DNA of 64,000 bases, taken from contig JADEYG010000009.1 in the NCBI GenBank assembly GCA_016906335.1, positions 434,001 through 498,000 on the forward strand. The letters run 5' to 3'. Shown here in pieces: positions 24,330-34,854 of the stretch. Numbering within the stretch: position 1 is the first letter of the stretch; the number at the start of each line of letters is the position of its first letter. The DNA comes from Novakomyces olei (taxonomy: Eukaryota). The notes under the pieces were generated by a model, which was not told the DNA's origin, did no database searches, and worked only from the letters and a program-made list of their open reading frames with translations. The position numbers were made by a program, and so were the translations under genes.

Positions 24330-27300
24330 TCAAGTCTCCAGCGCCGCCAGCTCTTGCTGGCAGCTTTCACAGTACTCGAGCAGGTGCTGTGGCACCTCTT
24401 GTCCCCCAGATGTGAGCAATTGCCGGCCACGCTGGCACTGAACCGTTTCATCATACACAAACTGCCGGTAATGGCCCTTGACTGCTTCACGTTCCAGGCT
24501 GTCCAGTGTCTTTATGGCCACAATGTAATCGTGGCGCATCACAGCAAAGTCTTGCCGCATGAAATGAAGGCGGGTTAAATGATTATTTTCGTCAATATTC
24601 GCGTAATTGTTGTTTAAAGATTCATCAAACAAAGTGTAGCATGAGCCGTTGCCCCTAAAGGCAAATTTGTCCCGAACATACTCGTCCACATCGGCGCTGT
24701 ATAGAGCCCGAGAGATAGTTCCCACTGCATCAAGTCTCAGCTCGCTCAGTACTTTGTCCGCCCGCCGCTCTGTCCAATACGCGAGTGTTGATCGGGAGGC
24801 CAGTGCCATGTTGACGAGGGCAGAGAGCAGTAAGAACAGAATAATAAGTTTATTGGCATCAATGGCCTCTAGCACCGCTGACGCCCTGTCCCGAAGTGCG
24901 GACCCAAAGTCAGACAAGCAGCTCATCACGAAAAGTGCCATGTTTTGCCTTATTATATCCCCGACTGACGCCATCAGCATTGATCCAATCTTGGAGTCTG
25001 GTGGGGCAATGAGTCTCCGGCTCTTTTGTAGAGCTCCTACTCGCCCATAAATCCTAATTGCTCTTGATTTTTTAGCATGCCTGCCCAGTTTTTCGATTTC
25101 ATCAGACACGACTTTATGCAAGCCGTCTGCGAACCGCTGGCAGATACACAGCGAAGCCTGGTCCAGGACCTGTTGGAACCCGAATATCCGTCGGTGGAAG
25201 TCAAGGGCATAGGAAACCATGACTTTGCACCTGCCTTTACTCACAAACGAGATGGAGACACGGGTAACCGCCTCAAAATCCCGATAAAAGGGCAATTGCC
25301 AGAGCGTATTGCGCAGGGTGGCGATGTACACTAAATGCTCACTCCTTTGGTCAAGAGTTTGGACATTGTGCATTTCTATCCTACGATCTTTGCCCAGTGG
25401 GGTCCGAAAGGCACAGGTTATATCAAAAGTACGCCGAAGTCCGTCACGGCCGGGTAAACGTTGCCACGGGTTTTGTACCGTGTCCACCGAGCCCATTGAA
25501 TTGTAAAGCAGCTGATAAAGACCCGAGTTATCACCAAAGAGGAGGTGGAACATACACTTTGCGCTTATATCGTACTCGTGCACACTCAGCATATGCTTAA
25601 AGTGCTCACTGCGGGGCACATCTACGGGGACAGTTGGCAGCTTGTACCTCACAATCTCTGGCTTATGGTCAATAGTCTTCTCCCGTTTGTAAGGGTGGAC
25701 CATACTGAGCGAGTGCTGCAGGGCTGTCACGTTTGTTGCACTGTGGACAAGTGCATTGTGCACCTGTACATCGCCTGTAAGTGACTCGTCTTCAGCGTCA
25801 CGAAGCCCTTTGTACCAGGGCGAATCGCCGCTCGGCCTTCGCTCCGATTCGTCCTGATAGGGGAGTTGAATTTCCTCGCCGGCATCAGCGATATACGCAA
25901 AGACCTGGTCAGCATCGCGAGGGCTGTCGGACAAGAAATTTTGCAGCAAAAAGCTTACACGCCTCCTCAGCAACACTACGTCATCAAGGTAAACCCTAAA
26001 CGTGACAAACCCTACATTATACACCTCGAGGACCAAGTAATCACAGTGTTTGCCAGGCAGTGTTTGCACGTCTAAAACGTCGGTAAAGGAAAACGTTTTA
26101 AGCGTCACCATATCGTAGGCCCTGCCGTAAAAATAAAGGCCATTATTCGTTACGTAGACACGCCCAGAGACAGAGTAGTTGGAGGCACTGGAGACGTAGT
26201 AGACTGCCCTAAAGACCATTAAAAGCCGCTCATTCATATCTACTGCACTGAAAAAGGCATGAAACTGGGCATCGTTCTTGCGCAGCTCGAGTGGGTACCT
26301 TCGAGGGTACCTTGGCAGTGTAAAATCTACTGACGTTCTTGCCTTTGTCGAGCTGGAGGAAAGCTGCCTTGACTCACTGGCTTCCTTGCCACTAACCTGC
26401 CGAGACTGGCCGTCTTGAGCCGATTGTGGCTGATACTGAGCTTCTCCTGATCCCGACGATTCTATCGTCTCTTGTTTCCCTTCCCGCTCCTTTCGCTCAT
26501 TTTCTCCCAACTTTTCAACTTCCTTCTCGGCCTCTTGCGGTATCGTCCACGAACTTGTTCCCCAATAGTTTGCTCTTATTCCACTCGGAATCGTCTTGTC
26601 CAGCTCCGCTTCCCTCTGGTTTTCATCACTGCAAGCCGCGTAAGCCCTCCCTGTGTAAGCTGTGTTTATAGGTGCCGGGGCAAATGACATTGGTGCAAAC
26701 GAGGTAACCATCAGCAGCTCTGGCCCATTCGAGTTTACAAGCCTCGGTCTCCCGATAGAGGGCAGACGGGTACCTGTGGGACTTTGAGGGACCATTGCAG
26801 CGGAATTAGAGGCGCCTATAAGCACACCTATACCTTGGGCTGAGCTTCCTCCTGAGCCCGAATTTGTGGTAGAGCCTGAATTCGTGGCAGAGCCCTGTAC
26901 TGGCGATCCCTGACCTGCTCCCGACCCACGGCCTGATCCATTAGAGATAGACAGTGAGGGCAGCGTCCTTGTTGGGCTATCCATACTGAGCCTGGCTAAG
27001 GGCCCGTCGATAGCCGATAAATTTCCTGCTTCGTGAAGATGACCTTCAGCAGCAAAGTCTTCGTGAGACGGTGGAGAGATGACAAAAGCCTGAGGGTATC
27101 CGTTAGAGGCCAGTACCTGTCTCTTGGACGTTTCAAACGCTTCCAGCCAATCCTTCAAATCATGTTCATCGCCTGCCTGTAGAATTATAGAAAACTGCTT
27201 AGTCATGACTTCGAAACAGAACCTCCGGTCCTCCTGCGGCCTTAAATGAACACTGCAAAGCAGTACACCGATACGCTCGCCTTCCTCAACGACTCCCTTC

Positions 27301-28427
27301 CGGGAAGAAACGAGCCAGCCAAAGACGCCGCGTTCAAGAAAGTACCACCGTTTCTGCCATACATAATTTGTCCTCGTTTTGCCGACTTGACGAACGTAGA
27401 GGTAGCCTTGCTGTTTCACTGGGCCACCGTCTTTCTCCAATCCTGAAGCCGCCTGCTTCACTGTGCTTCCAGCAACTGAAGATCGCAGAGTATTCAGGCC
27501 ATAAGGTTTGAGTTCACGTGTGGGCTGTTTAGACTCACACGCATCGCGTTCCATCCCCTCACGGATAGTATCAAGTTGGCGTTTGAGGGAGGGAACGTGC
27601 CGCTGCACTTGTGTGAGCCAGTTGAGGGTGCGGTTGCGGAGTACTGTAGACTTTTCCACTTGAGCAAGCGCAAGACGGACGTTTAAAAGCGCATTGTCCA
27701 CGCCCAGCGAGAAAGTTTCCACTACCAGTTTATCGATTGCATTTCTAAAAGACGGGAGAGCTGTTGCTAAATCAAACGAGGCATGAAAGTACTGCTTGCG
27801 TGCCTCGTGTAGCTGGAAAGCAGATTCCCGAATAGCCGACACTTCCTTCGACTTGGACATGGAGTAGTAGCGTGCGTCAGCTGATTCATACGCGTCCAGT
27901 GTACGATCGTACGCACGTTTCAAGTCACGCATCCCCCGCAGGTCTCGAACTTGGAACCTGTGCAGTGGCTCAAAGACCCGATCGTTGGTATACTTCATTT
28001 GCTTCGTTACCGGGTTTGCGAGTGAGCGCAGCTCTTCTCCGAACCCGTGGAGAGCTGTCACTGCATAGTCAGTGTCAAGAAAGACTTCGGGGCTGTATGT
28101 AGGCACTAGACGATCTGTAAGGCCGTTGAGCGAATCTTCCAGGCCGGCCGCTGCAGCAACGGCAGTTTGAACAGCCTTGATGACATCAGTGAGCCATTTT
28201 TCAAACACGTCCAGCTGCTCTTCCAAGTTTTTCACTGCCGAGCGGTACGAAGGCGAATCAAGGCGGCACTCTTCCAGAACAACGGCGTACAGGCTGCCTG
28301 GCGCAGGACTGCCCTGTGCAGGAGCAAGGCTGCCTTGCAAGTCTAGACTGCCAGACGCTGTACGCGAAGACGGATTATTGCCGCCGCCGTCTGCCGGCAC
28401 AGATGCTTCGTCCCGTACGTTTGCCAT
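24330..28427 (-). CDS. SIP3: Membrane-anchored sterol transfer protein of the Sip3/Lam1 type (BAR-PH-GRAM-VASt-TM)
   Basis: LDSPSYR BAR start, PH (KQQGYLY...WQKRWYFL...DRRFCFEV), ANYWGT, GRAM-like GRVYVT, LFHLLFGD-like VASt, C-terminal TM. Confidence 0.88.
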   Translation of the reverse strand: MANVRDEASVPADGGGNNPSSRTASGSLDLQGSLAPAQGSPAPGSLYAVVLEECRLDSPSYRSAVKNLEEQLDVFEKWLTDVIKAVQTAVAAAAGLEDSLNGLTDRLVPTYSPEVFLDTDYAVTALHGFGEELRSLANPVTKQMKYTNDRVFEPLHRFQVRDLRGMRDLKRAYDRTLDAYESADARYYSMSKSKEVSAIRESAFQLHEARKQYFHASFDLATALPSFRNAIDKLVVETFSLGVDNALLNVRLALAQVEKSTVLRNRTLNWLTQVQRHVPSLKRQLDTIREGMERDACESKQPTRELKPYGLNTLRSSVAGSTVKQAASGLEKDGGPVKQQGYLYVRQVGKTRTNYVWQKRWYFLERGVFGWLVSSRKGVVEEGERIGVLLCSVHLRPQEDRRFCFEVMTKQFSIILQAGDEHDLKDWLEAFETSKRQVLASNGYPQAFVISPPSHEDFAAEGHLHEAGNLSAIDGPLARLSMDSPTRTLPSLSISNGSGRGSGAGQGSPVQGSATNSGSTTNSGSGGSSAQGIGVLIGASNSAAMVPQSPTGTRLPSIGRPRLVNSNGPELLMVTSFAPMSFAPAPINTAYTGRAYAACSDENQREAELDKTIPSGIRANYWGTSSWTIPQEAEKEVEKLGENERKEREGKQETIESSGSGEAQYQPQSAQDGQSRQVSGKEASESRQLSSSSTKARTSVDFTLPRYPRRYPLELRKNDAQFHAFFSAVDMNERLLMVFRAVYYVSSASNYSVSGRVYVTNNGLYFYGRAYDMVTLKTFSFTDVLDVQTLPGKHCDYLVLEVYNVGFVTFRVYLDDVVLLRRRVSFLLQNFLSDSPRDADQVFAYIADAGEEIQLPYQDESERRPSGDSPWYKGLRDAEDESLTGDVQVHNALVHSATNVTALQHSLSMVHPYKREKTIDHKPEIVRYKLPTVPVDVPRSEHFKHMLSVHEYDISAKCMFHLLFGDNSGLYQLLYNSMGSVDTVQNPWQRLPGRDGLRRTFDITCAFRTPLGKDRRIEMHNVQTLDQRSEHLVYIATLRNTLWQLPFYRDFEAVTRVSISFVSKGRCKVMVSYALDFHRRIFGFQQVLDQASLCICQRFADGLHKVVSDEIEKLGRHAKKSRAIRIYGRVGALQKSRRLIAPPDSKIGSMLMASVGDIIRQNMALFVMSCLSDFGSALRDRASAVLEAIDANKLIILFLLLSALVNMALASRSTLAYWTERRADKVLSELRLDAVGTISRALYSADVDEYVRDKFAFRGNGSCYTLFDESLNNNYANIDENNHLTRLHFMRQDFAVMRHDYIVAIKTLDSLEREAVKGHYRQFVYDETVQCQRGRQLLTSGGQEVPQHLLEYCESCQQELAALET

Positions 28428-28659
28428 TAGCGCAGCATTCACACAGGCGCGCGGCTTTTCGAACGGTCGGATGCTTTTGTGCGGCGCTTCAACAAACCGA
28501 CGTATGCCGTCACTCGCACTATATTTTTATAGTGGGAATTTTACGTTGGCTGTTACCGTAACGTGGGAGCTGCGTAGTGGCGATAAGTGTAATATTACAC
28601 TTACAAGTGAGTGTAACTTTGCACCTTTTTTTCTATCGAAACGTTACGTTACGTCTAGT

Positions 28660-28922
28660 TGGGCCTATAGCTGTGGACCTATAGTTGTATAGTGTCGGCC
28701 TATGTTGTATAGTGTTGGCCTATAGTTTGTATAGTGTTGGCCTTAGTATAACTCTATAGTGTCGGGTGTCGGCCTATTGTTGTATAGTGTTGGCCTTAGT
28801 TGTATAGTGTGGGCCTATAATTGTATAGTGTTGGCCTATAATTGTATAGTGTTGGCCTATAACTCTATAGTGTCGGCCTATCGTTGTATAGTGTTGGCCT
28901 TAGTTGTATAAGGTTGGCCTAT
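28660..28922 (+). repeat. ~21-bp minisatellite (TTGTATAGTGTTGGCCTATAA)x~12
   Basis: Head-to-tail degenerate copies, no spacers. Confidence 0.92.
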
Positions 28923-29461
28923 CGGTATGAGCCTAAATATGGTCGAACAATAATCGCGTACACGATAATGTGCTCGGCAGCCGCCTGCCCAACTGTGCTG
29001 TCAAATTGATTAGCCGTCTAATCTCAAATCCGGGTTTGCCTGGATTGAGATTGCTTGTAATGCTATGAACGGTCGCCCTTCAAGCTGGCAAAAAGGGACG
29101 ACTCTGGTCCGATCGGGCAGAGACGCGTTTTGACATTTCAGAATTTTGCCATGTATAAGCACAACATTAATATGCGTTATTTCGTCCCTCCTCCCCCACT
29201 TTAGCTTATCTGTTGCGTAGTGCGCTCGTGATTTGTTGGGACGAGCCTTTTCTAGTGTACCATGAACGTTCTTCCCCACTTTCTTAGACTGAATTACTCC
29301 CCCCGACACTATGGGACTGCATACAAGGAACTAGCAAGGAACGGGCGATTTATGAAAAGGATAGGTTGCTTGTACACAGTATTACTTTAAACCCACGACG
29401 CTTGTTCTGGTCGACAGAATGTGTGCTGATGTGCCACACATGGTCTGCTTTTCATTATCTT

Positions 29462-29527
29462 TCCATAATGCTTTCATAAGCTTTCATAATGCTTTCATAA
29501 GCTTTCATAAGCTTTCATAAGCTTTCA
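29462..29527 (+). repeat. 10-bp minisatellite (GCTTTCATAA)n
   Basis: About 6 tandem copies. Confidence 0.9.
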
Positions 29528-29914
29528 ATCTGCTTACTCAACCATGATTATCTCATCCATATGGCACTTTATACATACATTACCAACTCGATGTATCGGA
29601 TAATAAATTAGTATACTCTACAATACGCTTGTAATTTTGAGTTTGGATACCAAACACAGTGCTGCTAAAAAAACGTATTGCCGTACAAGAACGATACTCC
29701 ATTCTTCGTGGTACTCGGCCAATATACAAAATGCCAAAGTGTTGGGTCCAGTGTAAATATGCAATGTCCACTCCGCGCCCGTACATTCGTGTAATACTAC
29801 ATTTCCTCGATCGTTCACGGAGAGTTTGTACGCGTGCCGTGTCTTTGGCTATGTGTTCTATTTTAGCTATTCTTCTCGTACTATCTTTTCTCTTACAATT
29901 CTCCATACTTGACA

Positions 29915-30135
29915 ATTTGACTCTATTGACTGTAGACTCCATAGACTCTATACTCTTTTTTTTTCCTACTCTATAATATGACTATAATATGACTATAATG
30001 TGACTATAATTTGACTCTATATCACTATAATGTGACTATATTTTGAACTATTTTTTCGACTCTATAATATGACTAATATACTATATGACTATATGACTAT
30101 GACTATATGGAACTATATGACTATAATTTGACTTT
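29915..30135 (+). repeat. Degenerate ~11-bp minisatellite (GACTATAATAT)n
   Basis: Many GACTAT/GACTCT cores in tandem. Confidence 0.8.
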
Positions 30136-30199
30136 GAATATATCTCATTATTCGCACTTTACCTAATACGACTCCACAGAACCCTTAATATATCGGTGC

Positions 30200-30353
30200 T
30201 GTTGAACTTTTGTGTTAAATTTACTAATTCTAGCTACAACCTATATAAATAATTGTATGTGAGTATAGGCTTCATAAGCAATAGTGTGTATAAGTTGCAT
30301 AAATAATAATTAGGTTTGGCCCATATTTAGATGTATTTCAACATATTCCAACA
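30200..30353 (-). repeat. 3' LTR
   Basis: Identical by eye to 34701-34854; preceded on the minus strand by the polypurine tract at 30354-30362. Confidence 0.97.
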
Positions 30354-30417
30354 CACCCTCCCAGGCGGCGGGCACGGTAAGCCTGTATGCGCGGATCACG
30401 TGGTAAGGTTACTTACT

Positions 30418-33400
30418 TTATTCGCTCACTCCAACTAACTTTGTAAAGTTTTTAAACAGTAGCTTGCGGAGCGGTTTTGTAAGGCCGTCAGCTGCCATAC
30501 GAGCGGTTGGTATGTACTTGATTTTTATTCTTTCTGACTCCGTTAGCTCACGGACAAAGTGCCATCGGATGGCTACGTGTTTTGTCCTTCGGTGAAATTG
30601 CGGGTTCTTGGCGAGGGCGATAGCGCCTTGGTTGTCCTCCAGGACAATCATAGGCAATCTGTCGTCCTCATTGTAGTTCAGTTCCAAGAGGAGCTGTTGG
30701 GCCCACAGCACCTCTTGGCCACTGATCGACAAGCCAACATACTCGGCCTCAGTGGAGGAGAGAGCCACTGTCGTTTGGAGAGTTGATCTCCACGACACAG
30801 GTCCTCCACCGGCCAAGAGTATGAAACCAGAGCATGACCGTCTGGTGTCTGGGTCGCCTGCCCAGTCCGAGTCCGTATGGACCTTTAGGTCCATGTTGTC
30901 CTTGCTGAATCTATACTTGATACTGTAAGTTTTTGTTCCTTTTAGATATCTCAAGACTCTTTTGGCAGCAGTCAAGTGCTCTTCACTTGGCCGGTGCATA
31001 TGTCGAGCCAGGGTGTTAACCGCGTAGGCTATGTCGGGTCGCGTCTGAGTCGACGCAAAGAGCAGCGAACCTATGAGTTGCTGGTACTGCGTTTGCATCT
31101 CTTTGGTCGGCTCTGACTCGGGCTGTCCACCAATGGCCTCTCTATCCTCGGCCATTGGGGTTTCGATGGCCTTGCAGTCCATCATTCCGAAGCGTTCAAG
31201 CATATTAGTGACATAGTGTTCTTGTTTAAGCTCTATGCTTCTATGCTTTCTGTCTCGTACAATTTGTATTCCGACGAAAAGGTTCGCCGGACCGAGGTCC
31301 TTGGCTACGTAAGCCGTTTTAATTTCCTTTTTAATGTCAGCTAACTTTGATTCTGTAGCTGCGATGACCAGCAAATCGTCTGTATGGGCGAGAATTATTT
31401 CATTCTCGTCCCGGACGAATACTGAGTTATCGGATTTAAGGGGAATGAACCCAAGCTGCCTGAACATCTGGCGCAGACATTTGTACCACTCGCGTGGAGA
31501 CTGTTTTAGTCCATACAATGTTTTGCGAAGCTTGCATACTTGGTCCTTTCCGGTTTCGAAGCCGACAGGTTGTTCGACGTACACTTCTTCTTGTACTTGT
31601 GCGTTCAGAAAAGCGGTTTCGAAGTCCATCTGGTCACATTCCAGATCTTTGAATGCGACAATGGCCAATACCATTCTCCACGTCGCGGTATGTACTACAG
31701 GCGCAAAGGTCTCTTGGTAATCAATTCCTTCCTTTTGCAAATAACCTTTTACAACCCATCTTGCTTTGTATTTTTGCACATTGCCTTCTGTGTCTCTCTT
31801 TATTTTAAAGACCCATTTGCCTTTTAAGACGTGCTTGCCCTTTTCAATGTCGGACTTGTTCACTAACGTCCAGGTCTCGTTTTTGTCTAACGACTTGAGT
31901 TCCGCATGGCAAGCTTCGGTCCATTCCCGAGCTTGTGGGGACTCGAGTGCCTCTCGGAGAGTCTGCGGCTCTATGTAAACTGCATGAGCAACAGTAAGTA
32001 GAGACTTCTGCGTTTCGTTTAGACGTGCTGACCGACGCAGGCTCGGCACAGGTGCTTCACTAATTATTGTCAGTTGCTGTTCCGGCTCAGCGTGAGTGTT
32101 GTTAGCTTGCTCCGGCTCAGCGTGAGTGTTGCTAGCTTGTTGGATTTTTTCATTGTTTGATGAGTCCTCCTCACTCCTGTCCGCTGCTGTCGTTGTCGGC
32201 GGCCCTTCGGTGATAGTGACTTTATCACTGTCCTCACCCTCCGGCTGCTGCAACGGCAGCGGTGTCAGGAGTGGGGACAAGGCAGCATTTTCTTCATCAG
32301 GCACCTGAAAGTTTGGTGGGCTGCTGATGTTGTTGCCGGTGTAGTCATCGATGGTGTTTTCATCGAACCTGACGTGACTTGACCGTGTCGTTTGGCCGCT
32401 TGGCAGCTGGATTTTATAAATGGTATGGCTTTCGTAACCAACCAGCTTGCCAATCTGTGCACGACTGCCTAGTTTGTCGCTTTTGACACGTTTTTCATGT
32501 GGGATGTGGACATATACTCTGCATCCATACACTTTAATGTGGTCCACTCGTGGCAGTGTCCCATAAAGTGCTTCATGAGGTGTCATGTTCAGCGTTTTGG
32601 TGAATTGTACGTTGAGGAGATATGTAGCTGTCTCCATAGCTGCATACCACATGTCTTCCTTCAAACATCCTCCGATGCTGAGTGCCCTGGCCTTTTCACT
32701 TATTAGCCCGTTGCTACGCTCTGCCATTCCATTTTGCTCAGGCGTATATGGCACGGTGTTTTCAATTTTAACTCCCAGTGATGTAAGCCAGGGTTGAGCA
32801 GAGGTAAATTCAAGACCGCCGTCTGTGCGAATGGACTTTGGCATTGCCTTGAAGTAATTCTTGATGAATTCAGTCCAGAGCTTTATTGCCGAAAGAACTG
32901 AGCTAGCTGTTTTCGAGGTCAAAGGTATGATCCAGCGAAAACGACTGACTTCATCGGTCAAGATGATTACGTAGCGGTATCCGTCTCTGGATATTTGGCT
33001 CATTGGACCCATTAAGTCCATGTAGACTCGGTCGAGCTTCTCGGTAGCTCGCTCCAGTGTCTGGCGATGTACTGTCCTGTGCGACTTGGAGAGTTCGCAG
33101 ACTGTACATGCACCCTCCGGCTCTAATGCCGGGGCAATGTCCATGCCTATAACATGGTTTGCCGTCTGAGAGATTGTTTTGGCCGAAGCGTGACCATAAC
33201 GCTTGTGCCAGACATTCTCTGTGGCTACGATAAGGGCTGTTGCTTCGTCTTTGGACTGGTTTTTGCTTGTCGGTTGACCAATACAATCCAACATCCAGTG
33301 GCCCTTATAACTGATTAGTTTCGTAAGTACCTCATCTTCTCCTGCGTGTCTGACCAAAGGCCCTTCAGAGCGTATCTCAAAGTTCAGACCTCGCTCGACA

Positions 33401-34587
33401 AGTATTGTCATGGAGAGAAGATTGATGGGCAGAGCTGGCACATAAAGTACGTTGCCAAATGTGAGTTGCGTTACCACACCACTTGGCTTGCGCACATTGA
33501 GTGTGACGTTGCCAACTCCTAGGGCCGGAGTCTTGCCTGACCCCGTCTCCACCCACTGATTGTTCGTGGGCTTAAGGTTCGTAATCCAAGCTGGACTGTT
33601 ACACATGTGCTGTGTAGCACCTGAGTCCACAATCCATGCCGTTGTATTTGGCACTGCCGTAAAAGAAGAAACTTGCGCAGAGGCAACAAACGTCTTGGTC
33701 GCCTCCTTCGGCCCCCTTTTTGTAACTCCTGGTCTCTTTTCGGGGAACCTTTTCCAACAATTTTCCGAGAGATGTCCAGTCTTGTTGCAGAAACTGCACT
33801 GGTCCCTTTTCTTGTAGTTGGCTCCTTTGGCGACTAATGCCAATTCGGAGTCTGCAACCCGGCCACGACTGTGATTTAGAAAGCGTTCTATTATCACGTC
33901 AAGGTCTAGTGGGTTCTTTACGTCGTAGGTGTCTTTTTGTATTTGGACAAACTGACTATACTCCATTTCTATACCAGTAAGGAAAGTATAAATTTGTGTA
34001 TATCTTCCGACCTTTTCCCCTGCAGACTCAAAGGTTTCTAGGCGGTCGACGAACTTACGGCAGTACTCCTCTGGAGTTCTAGCCTGTTCACTGGGGAGTC
34101 TCAGGCTGAAGAAATTTTGGTAGCAAGTACCGACGTAGGAGAAACCTGCCTGCGCATATTCCCTTTTCAAAAGTCTCCAAACTTCCTTGGGACTTGTAAG
34201 TCTTTTCACACGTCTGTTGATTTCAACAGATATATTACTCAAGATGTAGCTTAGAGCTAGGGAGCAGTTGCGCTTCCAGGTGGCTAGCTCATCGCTTACA
34301 TCCTCGTAATCGTCGTCGGAGAGGATAGACGCCGTGTCGTCCTCGATCTCGGCCGTCTTTTCGTCCTTCACTTCCTTGACTTTCTTCTCTGGCTCCTTAA
34401 TTCGGCCAGAGACGTAACCAAACAAGCCAAGCCCATTGAGATGGGCCTTCATGTTCTGCGCCCATATATCGTAGTTTTCAGAGCCTCGGAGCTTCTGAAA
34501 AGAGATTTTCGTAGGGGCTGTTTGAGCAGAGTAGCTGCTATTTCCTTGAGGCTGAGCAGGCATATTCAGTGGTGCGTCTGTTTCCAT
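30418..34587 (-). CDS. Copia Gag-Pol polyprotein (Gag-PR-IN-RT-RNaseH)
   Basis: CCHC knuckle CSFCNKTGHLSENC, protease WIVDSGA, integrase HHCC and D-D-E (YTPEQNGMAER), RT YKARWVVKGY/LYGLKQS/HTDDLL, RNase H DSDWAGD. Confidence 0.98.
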   Translation of the reverse strand: METDAPLNMPAQPQGNSSYSAQTAPTKISFQKLRGSENYDIWAQNMKAHLNGLGLFGYVSGRIKEPEKKVKEVKDEKTAEIEDDTASILSDDDYEDVSDELATWKRNCSLALSYILSNISVEINRRVKRLTSPKEVWRLLKREYAQAGFSYVGTCYQNFFSLRLPSEQARTPEEYCRKFVDRLETFESAGEKVGRYTQIYTFLTGIEMEYSQFVQIQKDTYDVKNPLDLDVIIERFLNHSRGRVADSELALVAKGANYKKRDQCSFCNKTGHLSENCWKRFPEKRPGVTKRGPKEATKTFVASAQVSSFTAVPNTTAWIVDSGATQHMCNSPAWITNLKPTNNQWVETGSGKTPALGVGNVTLNVRKPSGVVTQLTFGNVLYVPALPINLLSMTILVERGLNFEIRSEGPLVRHAGEDEVLTKLISYKGHWMLDCIGQPTSKNQSKDEATALIVATENVWHKRYGHASAKTISQTANHVIGMDIAPALEPEGACTVCELSKSHRTVHRQTLERATEKLDRVYMDLMGPMSQISRDGYRYVIILTDEVSRFRWIIPLTSKTASSVLSAIKLWTEFIKNYFKAMPKSIRTDGGLEFTSAQPWLTSLGVKIENTVPYTPEQNGMAERSNGLISEKARALSIGGCLKEDMWYAAMETATYLLNVQFTKTLNMTPHEALYGTLPRVDHIKVYGCRVYVHIPHEKRVKSDKLGSRAQIGKLVGYESHTIYKIQLPSGQTTRSSHVRFDENTIDDYTGNNISSPPNFQVPDEENAALSPLLTPLPLQQPEGEDSDKVTITEGPPTTTAADRSEEDSSNNEKIQQASNTHAEPEQANNTHAEPEQQLTIISEAPVPSLRRSARLNETQKSLLTVAHAVYIEPQTLREALESPQAREWTEACHAELKSLDKNETWTLVNKSDIEKGKHVLKGKWVFKIKRDTEGNVQKYKARWVVKGYLQKEGIDYQETFAPVVHTATWRMVLAIVAFKDLECDQMDFETAFLNAQVQEEVYVEQPVGFETGKDQVCKLRKTLYGLKQSPREWYKCLRQMFRQLGFIPLKSDNSVFVRDENEIILAHTDDLLVIAATESKLADIKKEIKTAYVAKDLGPANLFVGIQIVRDRKHRSIELKQEHYVTNMLERFGMMDCKAIETPMAEDREAIGGQPESEPTKEMQTQYQQLIGSLLFASTQTRPDIAYAVNTLARHMHRPSEEHLTAAKRVLRYLKGTKTYSIKYRFSKDNMDLKVHTDSDWAGDPDTRRSCSGFILLAGGGPVSWRSTLQTTVALSSTEAEYVGLSISGQEVLWAQQLLLELNYNEDDRLPMIVLEDNQGAIALAKNPQFHRRTKHVAIRWHFVRELTESERIKIKYIPTARMAADGLTKPLRKLLFKNFTKLVGVSE

Positions 34588-34700
34588 TATGACAGGATTG
34601 TCAGGTGATAAGGGAGAACAGAATTAATTAAACGATAGTGCTTTTTGGATAGCAAAAAATTTTTGTTGGCTCTGAAGGCTAACGATCCAGGCTCATAACC

Positions 34701-34854
34701 TGTTGAACTTTTGTGTTAAATTTACTAATTCTAGCTACAACCTATATAAATAATTGTATGTGAGTATAGGCTTCATAAGCAATAGTGTGTATAAGTTGCA
34801 TAAATAATAATTAGGTTTGGCCCATATTTAGATGTATTTCAACATATTCCAACA
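34701..34854 (-). repeat. 5' LTR
   Basis: Immediately followed on the minus strand by the PBS at 34690-34700. Confidence 0.97.

Larger units (their letters stand above)
30200..34854 (-). mobile_element. Full-length Ty1/copia LTR retrotransposon (Hemivirus-type PBS)
   Basis: Identical 154-bp TGTTG...CAACA LTRs, 5-bp TSD GGTGC (30195-30199, 34855-34859), PBS GGTTATGAGCC, PPT GGGAGGGTG, intact single ORF. Confidence 0.98.

Noticed and set aside
28660-28922. CRISPR-like appearance of the 21-bp array (also 39043-39138)
   Set aside because: Head-to-tail repeats with no unique spacers, no cas genes, eukaryotic context
29070-29150. Short matches to U11/U12 snRNA (AAAAAGGG, GGTCGCCCT)
   Set aside because: Spacing and other conserved elements are missing, and no U12-type RTATCCTT donor was seen in the annotated introns
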